Source of the DNA: an uncultured Methylomirabilota bacterium
Lineage (GTDB): Bacteria; Methylomirabilota; Methylomirabilia; Methylomirabilales; 2-02-FULL-66-22
Length of the DNA: 64,000 bases
Direction of reading: 5' to 3'
NCBI GenBank assembly: GCA_963845565.1
Contig: CAWJSJ010000002.1
Span: 1,696,001 to 1,760,000 of the forward strand
The first letter of the stretch is position 1; each line of letters starts with the position of its first letter. The translations under genes were made by a program, and so were the position numbers. This document shows positions 56,746 to 64,000 of the stretch, one piece after another. The notes under the pieces were generated by a model. That model searched no databases, had not been told where the DNA came from, and worked only from the letters and a program-made list of their open reading frames with translations.

Positions 56746-57062
56746 CGTTCCGGCTTGCCGTGGCCACTCGTTTCGGGTGGGACCCGCCGCCTTGGTTTTG
56801 GCCTTTCGGGCATTGACAAGATTTCTCCGATGAAAGTCTGGGTTTATCGTGTATGATATAGGGCCACCAAGAAATACGGGCCGTCGGCGACGGTTTCGGC
56901 TGAGCCACGTCGGCCTGTAATGCTCGGCAAGCCACACCGGTACGGGTTGAGCCCGACGAAACAGGTCAGGGAATCGTGAACCGAGGCGGGGTCGCGGTGA
57001 CCGTGCCTCAACGTGCATGGAGGAGACTGGTGATGATCGGATGTCGTGAAGGAAGGCATGTG

Positions 57063-58271
57063 ATGCGACGAGCCGGATTCCTGATGGGGATCCTGGCAAC
57101 GCTGCTGGTCGTTGCCGGGCCCGTCGTGGTGGGGGCTGCCGACGAGCAGGCCAAGCGGGATAACCGGCCCGATCGTGGCATCGGGGTCTACACCGAGTAT
57201 TCCGGCGTGGTGGTCCCGATCGGCGAGAGCGTCCGGATGGATCTGACGGTGGAGAACAAGGGGAAACAGGATGAAGTGGTGTCCCTGAAACTTGCCACCG
57301 TCCCGAAGGGGTGGAAAGCCTCGCTCAAGGGCGGAAGTTTCACCGTGACCGGCGTGGCGATTCCGGACGGGAAGACCCGGAACCTGGCGTTTACCGCCGA
57401 GCCTGACAAGGGACTGGCGGCCGGGACCTACGAGTTTCTGATCGAAGCCGTCACGTTGGACGGCAAGCTGACGGCGACCCACGCCATCGCCGTCACGACC
57501 CGCGACCGGAGCCGGATGGGGGCCGAGGAGATCCAGATCACGACCTCCTACCCCGTCCTGCGCGGCCAGACGGACGCCACCTTCGAGTTCTCGCTGGATG
57601 TGGCCAACAAGAGCGAGGCCGATCGCACGGTCAATCTCGCCGCCCAGGCCCCCGAGAAGTGGGAGGTCAATTTCAAACCCGGGTACGAGCAGAAGCAGAT
57701 CTCCAGCCTGCGGATCCGTGGAAGCGGCAACCAGACCGTGGCGGTCTCGGTGACGCCTCCCAAGGACACCGCCGCGGGAGAGTACCCGGTCCTGGTGCGG
57801 ATCACCTCGGGCGAGTCGAAGGCCGAAGCGAAGCTGATGGTCGTGCTGACGGGTATCTACAAGCTGGACGCGGCGACGCCGAGCGGGATCCTGTCCGTGG
57901 AAGCCGTGACCGGGAAGCCCACCACGGTCTCGCTCTTGGTCAAGAACACCGGCTCCGCGGTGAACCGCAACGTCAACCTCTCCTCGTTCAAGCCCGAGAA
58001 CTGGAAGGTCGAGTTCAAGCCGGAGAAGATCGAGGCGCTGGAGCCGGGGCAACTGAAGCAGATCGAGGCGACCATCACGCCCGCCGCGACGGCGCTGGTG
58101 GGAGACTACTCGGTGGGTCTGATGGTCGACGGCGAGAAGTCCTCCAGCAAGACGGTCGAGATGCGGGTGACGGTGAAGGCGCCCACTGCCTGGGGCTGGA
58201 TCGGCGTGGGATTGATTGCCCTGGTGATCGGCGGCATGGGCGGCCTGTTTGCCTGGCTGGGGCGGCGGTGA
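57063..58271 (+). CDS. NEW3/Ig-like repeat membrane-anchored secreted protein
   Basis: Signal peptide, three Ig-like repeats (PKGW/PEKW/PENW...AGTY/GEY/GDY), C-terminal TM ending GRR. Confidence 0.85.
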   Translation: MRRAGFLMGILATLLVVAGPVVVGAADEQAKRDNRPDRGIGVYTEYSGVVVPIGESVRMDLTVENKGKQDEVVSLKLATVPKGWKASLKGGSFTVTGVAIPDGKTRNLAFTAEPDKGLAAGTYEFLIEAVTLDGKLTATHAIAVTTRDRSRMGAEEIQITTSYPVLRGQTDATFEFSLDVANKSEADRTVNLAAQAPEKWEVNFKPGYEQKQISSLRIRGSGNQTVAVSVTPPKDTAAGEYPVLVRITSGESKAEAKLMVVLTGIYKLDAATPSGILSVEAVTGKPTTVSLLVKNTGSAVNRNVNLSSFKPENWKVEFKPEKIEALEPGQLKQIEATITPAATALVGDYSVGLMVDGEKSSSKTVEMRVTVKAPTAWGWIGVGLIALVIGGMGGLFAWLGRR

Positions 58272-58278
58272 GGCGGCC

Positions 58279-59040
58279 ATGGCACTTGCGATCGAGACAC
58301 ACGAACTGACAAAGCGGTACGGCACCCAGGTGGCGGTCAACGCCCTGACCCTTCAGGTCCCGCAGGGAGAAATCTTCGGTTTCCTGGGGCCGAACGGGGC
58401 GGGCAAGACCACCACGCTCCTGATGCTTTTGGGCCTGAGCGAGCCCACCTCCGGTACGGCACGGGTCTGCGGCCACGACCCCACCCGCGATCCGCTGCAA
58501 GTCAAGCGGCTGGTCGGCTACCTGCCGGAAAGCGTTGGGTTCTACGAGGACATGACCGCCGTCCAGAATCTGGCCTACGTGGCGCGGCTGAACGGGATCC
58601 AGAACGACGGCCTGCCCCGAAAGATCGAGGGGCTGCTGGAACAGGTGGGGCTGCTCGGCGAGGCGCGGAAGCGCGTCGGCGCGTACTCCCGCGGCATGCG
58701 ACAGCGGCTCGGCATCGCGGAGGTGCTTTTGAAGGATCCGCAGGTCGTGTTCCTGGACGAGCCCACGCTGGGCCTGGATCCCGACGGCACGCAGAAGATG
58801 CTGGACTTCATCGTGGGCCTGGGTCGGGAGAAGGGTATCACGGTCTTCTTCTCCTCCCACCTGCTGGATCAGGTGCAGCGGGTGAGCGACCGGGTGGGTA
58901 TCATGCTGAAAGGCAACCTGGTCGCGGCCGGACCTATCCAGGAGTTGGCGAAGCAGAAACTCGGGGTGGACCAGGAGCGGTACACCCTGGAAGAGATCTA
59001 CATGCGGTATTTCCGGGAGGGCGTACCGGCGCAGTCGTGA
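58279..59040 (+). CDS. ABC transporter ATP-binding protein
   Basis: GPNGAGKTT, YSRGMRQR and LDEPTLGLD motifs. Confidence 0.93.
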   Translation: MALAIETHELTKRYGTQVAVNALTLQVPQGEIFGFLGPNGAGKTTTLLMLLGLSEPTSGTARVCGHDPTRDPLQVKRLVGYLPESVGFYEDMTAVQNLAYVARLNGIQNDGLPRKIEGLLEQVGLLGEARKRVGAYSRGMRQRLGIAEVLLKDPQVVFLDEPTLGLDPDGTQKMLDFIVGLGREKGITVFFSSHLLDQVQRVSDRVGIMLKGNLVAAGPIQELAKQKLGVDQERYTLEEIYMRYFREGVPAQS

Positions 59041-59070
59041 GGCCGGGCCGCCGCCCTGTGAGGGATTTCC

Positions 59071-60033
59071 GTGCACGGACTATGGGCGGTCTATCGCAAG
59101 GAACTCGAGGATCACTTCAGCAGCACGCGCTCCATCCTGCTTCTCACCGTGATCATGATGGTTGGTCTGGTCACGGCTTACATGGTGGGGAGCGGCCTCC
59201 GGAAGGAGCTGGAGGGGATGGCCAAGCCGTCGCTGGTCTTCCTGCTGCTCTTCACCTCCACCGGGGCGCTCTTCTCCCTGGCGCAGTTCATCGCCTTCTT
59301 CGGTCCGCTGATCGGGATGGTGCTGGGCTTCGACGCCATCAACCGGGAGCGGGCGGCGCGGACCCTGAGCAAACTCTTGTCCCAGCCGATCTATCGCGAT
59401 GCGGTCATCAACGGGAAGTTTCTGGCGGGCCTGACCACCATCGCGATCATGCTGCTGGCCATCGTGGTGCTGATCTCGGGGATCGGCCTGCTCGTGCTGG
59501 GCGTCGTGCCGGGCTGGGAAGAGATCGGGCGGATGGCCGTGTACCTCCTGGTGAGCGTCGTCTACATCGGCTTCTGGCTGGCGCTGTCCATTCTCTGCTC
59601 GGTGGTGTTTCGAGGGATGGCTACCTCGGCCCTGGCGACCCTTGCTCTCTGGATCTTCTTCGCCTTCTTCATGGCGCTCGGGGCCCGGTTGGCGGCGGAC
59701 GTGATCGCACCCCTGCCGTCGGGCTCGTCCATGAACGCCGAGGCGGTGCTGCAAAACGACAAGGTCCGGTCCATCGTCGCGACCCTCTCGCCCATCACGC
59801 TCTACAGCGAGGCGACGGGGATCGTCCTGGATCCGCTGCGCAAGACCACGCGGTCGCTGGTCCTGATGGGACCCATGGAGCAGCTCTCCATCAGTCGGTT
59901 CCAAAGCCCGCTGCCGCTGTTTCAGAGTGCGCTCATCGTGGCGCCGCACCTGGTGTCCCTGGTGGCGATCACGGTGGTTTGCTTCGGGATTTGCTATGCC
60001 TGCTTCATGCGACAGGAGGTCCGATCCACCTAG
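59071..60033 (+). CDS. ABC-2 type permease
   Basis: GFDAINRE, TLSKLLSQPIYRD, GKF and FMRQEVR motifs; multiple TMs. Confidence 0.9.
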   Translation: MHGLWAVYRKELEDHFSSTRSILLLTVIMMVGLVTAYMVGSGLRKELEGMAKPSLVFLLLFTSTGALFSLAQFIAFFGPLIGMVLGFDAINRERAARTLSKLLSQPIYRDAVINGKFLAGLTTIAIMLLAIVVLISGIGLLVLGVVPGWEEIGRMAVYLLVSVVYIGFWLALSILCSVVFRGMATSALATLALWIFFAFFMALGARLAADVIAPLPSGSSMNAEAVLQNDKVRSIVATLSPITLYSEATGIVLDPLRKTTRSLVLMGPMEQLSISRFQSPLPLFQSALIVAPHLVSLVAITVVCFGICYACFMRQEVRST

Positions 60034-60116
60034 GATGGACCAACAGGCGTACGACACTATGCCAGGCGGCGGTCGGCGGTTTGGTCCGCGGCATCCGCCG
60101 ACCGTGCCAGTTCTCA

Positions 60117-60148
60117 AGGGCCCCGCGAGTCGCGGGGCCCTCTTTTTT
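60117..60148 (+). terminator. Intrinsic terminator
   Basis: AGGGCCCCGCG-AGT-CGCGGGGCCCT then CTTTTTT. Confidence 0.85.
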
Positions 60149-60366
60149 CGCGGGACGGGCGTGGAGAGGCCGAACGTAAAGGTCCCCTTGACAGAGAGGG
60201 GACGCTCAGTCTATGAGAGTATCGGCGTCGGTCGGAACGGTACCGGCCGAAGCTACCCCGGCGCCCCGGGCAGGCAGGAACGCGCCTCCTGACGGCGCCC
60301 GAGAAGCGGAGAACGGACGGCTCGAGAAGCGCGCGCGGCACGCGGCCGTGCGGTAGGCGGACCCAC

Positions 60367-61599
60367 ATGGCGGGCGAGACGATTCTGCTGGTGGATGACG
60401 ATCCGCTGATCTTGCAGATGTGCCGGCATATCCTGGAGACGGCCGGATACCACGCGGTTTGCCTGGAAGAGGGCAGCGCCCTGCACGCCACGGTCGCCTC
60501 GGTTGAGCCGTCGCTGATCCTCCTCGACATCATGCTGCCCGGCACCGACGGTCTGACCCTGTGCCGCCAACTCCGCTCCGGCCGCACCCCCTTCCTCGGC
60601 CCGATCATCGTGTTCTCGGCCAAGCACTACGATGCCGACAAGCAACTGGCCGGCGAGGTGGGGGCCAACGCGTATCTCGAGAAGCCGTTTTCGCCCGAGC
60701 GGCTCGTCACGATGGTGCGCGAATTCCTCGCCCGCCGGATCACCATCCGATTCTGGGGCGTGCGCGGGTCGATCCCCACGGCGTCCCGCGAAACGGTGCG
60801 GTACGGGGGAAACACCCCCTGCATCGAGGTGCGGGTGTCGGGTGTCGAGGACGCCTTCATCTGGGACGGGGGGACCGGGCTCCGGGAGTTGGGGCGATCG
60901 CTCCGGGTGCCGGGCGGTCCGACCCGGGGATATCTGTGTTTTTCCCATTTTCACTGGGATCACATCCAGGGGCTTCCGTTTTTCGGGCCGGCCTACATGG
61001 CGGGCAACACCTTCAGCCTGGTGGGACCGGCCCAGCCGACGGCGGACCTCCTCCAGATCCTGTCAGGCCAGATGGCATCGGTTTATTTCCCGGTCGGGCT
61101 GGAGCAATTTGGCGCCAAGCTCACGTTCCAGGAGATCGACGAAGGGACCTTCACGCTGGGTGGCGTCCAGTTCGACACGCTCTCCGCGCTGCACCCCGGC
61201 CGGGCGTTGATCTACCGGCTTTCGCATGGCGGGAAGCGCGTGGTCTATGCCACCGACAACGAGCTGCCGGTCGGCTGGAAGACGGTCGGAGGCTCCGCGG
61301 CGCACGAGGTGGAGCGGTTCCTCCGATTTTTCGAGGGGGCGGACCTGCTGATCCACGACGCCCAGTACACACCGGAGGAGCTGGAGCGGCGGCGCGGGTG
61401 GGGGCACTCGGCGTGGCCGGACGTCCTGGATATCGCGGTCGAGGCCGGGGTGAAGAGTCTGCTCTTGTTCCACCACGACCCGGACCACTCCGACCAGTTC
61501 CTGGACGAGATCCACACGGCGGTCCAGCAGCGTGTCGCGCTGATCGGGGCCCCTATTGAATGCGGGTTGGCGCGGGAGGGGGACCAGCGGGTCCTTTAA
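60367..61599 (+). CDS. Response regulator receiver fused to metallo-beta-lactamase-fold hydrolase
   Basis: VDDD, LDIMLP, KP; FWGVRGSIP, YGGNTPC, SHFHWDH, TDNE, HDAQY, GWGHS and FHHDP motifs. Confidence 0.9.
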   Translation: MAGETILLVDDDPLILQMCRHILETAGYHAVCLEEGSALHATVASVEPSLILLDIMLPGTDGLTLCRQLRSGRTPFLGPIIVFSAKHYDADKQLAGEVGANAYLEKPFSPERLVTMVREFLARRITIRFWGVRGSIPTASRETVRYGGNTPCIEVRVSGVEDAFIWDGGTGLRELGRSLRVPGGPTRGYLCFSHFHWDHIQGLPFFGPAYMAGNTFSLVGPAQPTADLLQILSGQMASVYFPVGLEQFGAKLTFQEIDEGTFTLGGVQFDTLSALHPGRALIYRLSHGGKRVVYATDNELPVGWKTVGGSAAHEVERFLRFFEGADLLIHDAQYTPEELERRRGWGHSAWPDVLDIAVEAGVKSLLLFHHDPDHSDQFLDEIHTAVQQRVALIGAPIECGLAREGDQRVL

Positions 61600-61616
61600 C
61601 GCAAGGGGAGTAATCG

Positions 61617-61934
61617 ATGGGTCGTCCGGTTCCGATCGCGCCGACTCTGGCGGTTGCCGGCGGTAAGGCCGCCCCGCAGGAGACGGAGGACCGCACGGTC
61701 GGAGGCGGCGAGGGGAGCAAGGTCTTCCTCTTCAACTGCGAGTGTCACACCTTCGACCAGGTCATCACGCAGCTTCTGAAGGCCGTTCCCGGGATGACGC
61801 ACACCCTGGCGGAAGAGTTGGCCTGGCGCGTTCACACCTCAGGCCTGGCAGAGGTATACCGGGGCGGCGGGTCGGATTGCGACCGCGTGGCGAGGATACT
61901 GGGCGAGACGGGGTTGGTCGTCCAGGTGATGTGA
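61617..61934 (+). CDS. clpS: ClpS-like adaptor protein
   Basis: KVFLFNCECHTFDQV...AEELAWRVHTSGLAEV follows the ClpS core pattern. Confidence 0.7.
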   Translation: MGRPVPIAPTLAVAGGKAAPQETEDRTVGGGEGSKVFLFNCECHTFDQVITQLLKAVPGMTHTLAEELAWRVHTSGLAEVYRGGGSDCDRVARILGETGLVVQVM

Positions 61935-61944
61935 CTGTTTTCCC

Positions 61945-62244
61945 TCAGCGGAACGCTCCGGACTTGACGATCCTTTTCTGCAGTTCGAGGAAGGCCTCCT
62001 TGATCGCCTCCTTCCCGGCCAGCGAGCGATCACGGTGTACATCCGGTAATCGCATGTGCGCCTCGGCCTTGAGGCTGGTCTCCCAGATCACCTTCCCCGT
62101 GCCGTCGGTCGCTCGGCAATCGAGGGAGACCGTGAAGTCGTTGCGGAAACAGATCCAGGCTTGGCGGGATGAGGGGCCCGCGTCTCCGCTGTCACCCGTT
62201 GGCCCGACCTCCTCTGGATTGGCGTGATCATTTGGCTTGGTCAT
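61945..62244 (-). CDS. Hypothetical protein or gene fragment
   Basis: Open frame with a plausible C-terminal part (VIWETSLKAEA...KEAFLELQKRIV); weak support. Confidence 0.3.
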   Translation of the reverse strand: MTKPNDHANPEEVGPTGDSGDAGPSSRQAWICFRNDFTVSLDCRATDGTGKVIWETSLKAEAHMRLPDVHRDRSLAGKEAIKEAFLELQKRIVKSGAFR

Positions 62245-62246
62245 CC

Positions 62247-62275
62247 TTGACACCGTGGGGCTATCTCCGGATAAT
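62247..62275 (+). promoter_or_regulatory. sigma70-type promoter, likely leaderless transcript
   Basis: TTGACA-N17-GATAAT, 8 nt before ATG 62284; no SD sequence. Confidence 0.55.
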
Positions 62276-62283
62276 ACGCCGCC

Positions 62284-63302
62284 ATGCACATCACCGTCTG
62301 GGGTGCCGGAGCCATCGGCGGGATCACCGGGGGAGCGTTGACCCGCGCCGGACATGACGTCCTGCTGGTGGACGCTCACGAGGCGCACGTCGCTGCGCTG
62401 AAGCGGGACGGCCTGACGGTGGAAGATGCCCGGGGCAACTGGCACGTGTCCGTCAAGGCGGCGACCCCGGCCGAGGTGCGGGGACCGCTCGGGCTGATCC
62501 TCCTGGCCGTCAAGGCGCAGTCCACGCCCGATGCCATCGGACCAGAGTCGTCCCTCACCTGACGGACGCCTCGGTCGTCGTCTCGGTCCAGAACGGGTTG
62601 AACGAGGAGCTGATCGCGGAGCGGATCGGCGCGGCGCGCACCGTCGGATGCCTGGTCAACTGGGCGGCGGACTGGATCGCGCCCGGGCGGATCCAGTTCG
62701 GGGGCCCGGGGAGCTTCCTGGTCGGGGAGCTGGACGGCGCCATGACCCCCCGTGTGCGCGACCTGGCCGACCTGCTGTCGGTCGTCATGCCCAGTGGGAC
62801 GACCGACAATATCTGGGGCTGTCTCTGGGCGAAGACCTGTTACGCAGCACTGCTGTTCGGCACGGCCCTCACCGACGAGACGATCTACGACGTGGTGGAG
62901 CGGCCGTTCCCCACCCAGCGGATGCTAGTGCTGCTGGTGGCCGAGGCGATGGCGGTGGCCGAGGCGTCCGGCGTGCGCCTGGTGGCCTTCGACGAATATG
63001 ACCCCGCCCTGTACCGGAAAGGCATGGCAGGGGATGCGGCGGCGGTGAGCGAGGCCATGGCGGCGGTCTCCCGGTTTTACCGGAGACACACCAAGGTGAA
63101 GACCGGCATCTGGCGTGATCTGGTGGTCCGCAAGCGCAAGACCGAGGTGGACTCGCAGATCGGGGCGGTGGCGGCCAGGGGTCGGCGTCTCGGTGTGCCC
63201 ACGCCGCTCCTGGACCGGGTGGTCACGATGATTCACGAACTGGAGGACGGCCGGCGCGGCATGAGTTGGGCCAACCTGGACGAGCTGGTGGCCCTGACTT
63301 AG
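62284..63302 (+). CDS. panE: Ketopantoate reductase family protein (one frameshift near 62545)
   Basis: VWGAGAIGG, LAVKAQ, then SVQNGLNE, WAK and RKTEVD in the second frame. Confidence 0.8.
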
Positions 63303-63426
63303 CAGGCTGCTGAAAGAAATCCATCTGCCGCGTTGGCTTGCTCGGGCACTCGCTGCGGCGTACCGCAGTACGCCTCGCTCGGCCCATCCCGCGCCGCCTT
63401 GCATCTGGACTTTTTTGAGCAGCCTG
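63301..63426 (+). repeat. Repeat family B copy 3
   Basis: AGCAGGCTGCTGAAAGAA...TTTTTTGAGCAGCCTG; overlaps the panE TAG. Confidence 0.8.
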
Positions 63427-63510
63427 GGCGAAATCTGTTTTTTTGGAACCCTGCGAGACGGCAGGGTGGGCTCGTCGGGGGCGACCCCGGCTTTGCGGAA
63501 GGAGAGGTCC

Positions 63511-64000
63511 ATGAGGAAGATGAAGCAAGCCGCGCGGATGCTGCTGGTCGCGGCGCTCCTGCTGGCGACACTCGGCTGGGTGTCGGATGCCCTGGCGGGT
63601 GAGAAGCGGGGCGGGACGCTGACGATCGTCCGGCCGACGGATCCCGTGTCCCTGGATTCCAATCTGGAGACCACCGGGCCCGGCGCCTGGGTGTACTACA
63701 ACATCACCGAGCCGCTCCTCGTCCTGGACGAAGCGGGGAAGCTCCAGCCCCGGCTGGCTACGAGCTGGCAGCAGCTCTCCCCGACCAAGGTCCGGTTCAA
63801 GCTGCGCCCAAACGTCAAGTTCCACGACGGGACGCCGTTCAACGCTGCGGCGGTGAAGTTCACGATCGATCGGGCCTTCAACGAGAAGCCGGGGGCGCGC
63901 TGGGCTAGCCTGGCCGGGCCGTTTGCGGGCGCCGAGGTCGTGGATGACCTGACCGTGGATATCATGACGAAAGAGGCGTACGGACCGACCCTGCGTTCCC
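63511..64000 (+). CDS. Peptide/nickel ABC substrate-binding protein (family 5), 3' truncated
   Basis: AAGGAG RBS, signal peptide, KRGGTLTI, LQPRLATSW and KLRPNVKFHDGTPFNAAAVKF motifs. Confidence 0.9.
   Translation, partial: MRKMKQAARMLLVAALLLATLGWVSDALAGEKRGGTLTIVRPTDPVSLDSNLETTGPGAWVYYNITEPLLVLDEAGKLQPRLATSWQQLSPTKVRFKLRPNVKFHDGTPFNAAAVKFTIDRAFNEKPGARWASLAGPFAGAEVVDDLTVDIMTKEAYGPTLRS

Noticed and set aside
1..64000. Sec machinery (selA/B/C/D), rRNA, tRNA, transposase or integrase genes
   Set aside because: None recognised in this window, so the selenoprotein and MITE calls depend on genes elsewhere.

Overview
GC-rich bacterial chromosomal window, probably from an anaerobic or facultative lineage. 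Lineage cannot be determined from the sequence alone. Several genes carry single-base frameshifts, which suggests a long-read or metagenome assembly. No rRNA, tRNA or CRISPR array was seen. Main content: peptidases, pyk and menaquinone genes (0-10.5 kb); a minus-strand fermentative block with two 2-oxoacid:ferredoxin oxidoreductases, ADP-forming acyl-CoA synthetase, Pta-like, CBS and USP genes, partly under sigma54 promoters (10.7-25 kb); two sugar ABC systems; a two-component system; a rearranged Na+-pumping biotin decarboxylase; and a NEW3/ABC trio. The most notable feature is the 25.4-29.7 kb locus. It comprises a PAS-PAS sigma54 activator, a 65-aa zinc-ribbon ORF ending C-G-TGA-H-TGA with an fdhF-like SECIS hairpin, palindromic enhancer candidates and a -24/-12 promoter, then an 11-heme periplasmic cytochrome c split by an in-frame TGA followed by a SECIS-like hairpin, and a secreted rhodanese. 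Together these form a candidate two-selenoprotein, sigma54-controlled sulfur/selenium redox system. Other notable items: five co-oriented ~105-bp double-hairpin elements at TTA sites or stop codons, three copies of a second MITE-like repeat, a secreted KGTEGPDV(R/K)K x6 repeat protein, a PC4-PilZ fusion, and a structured oad leader.
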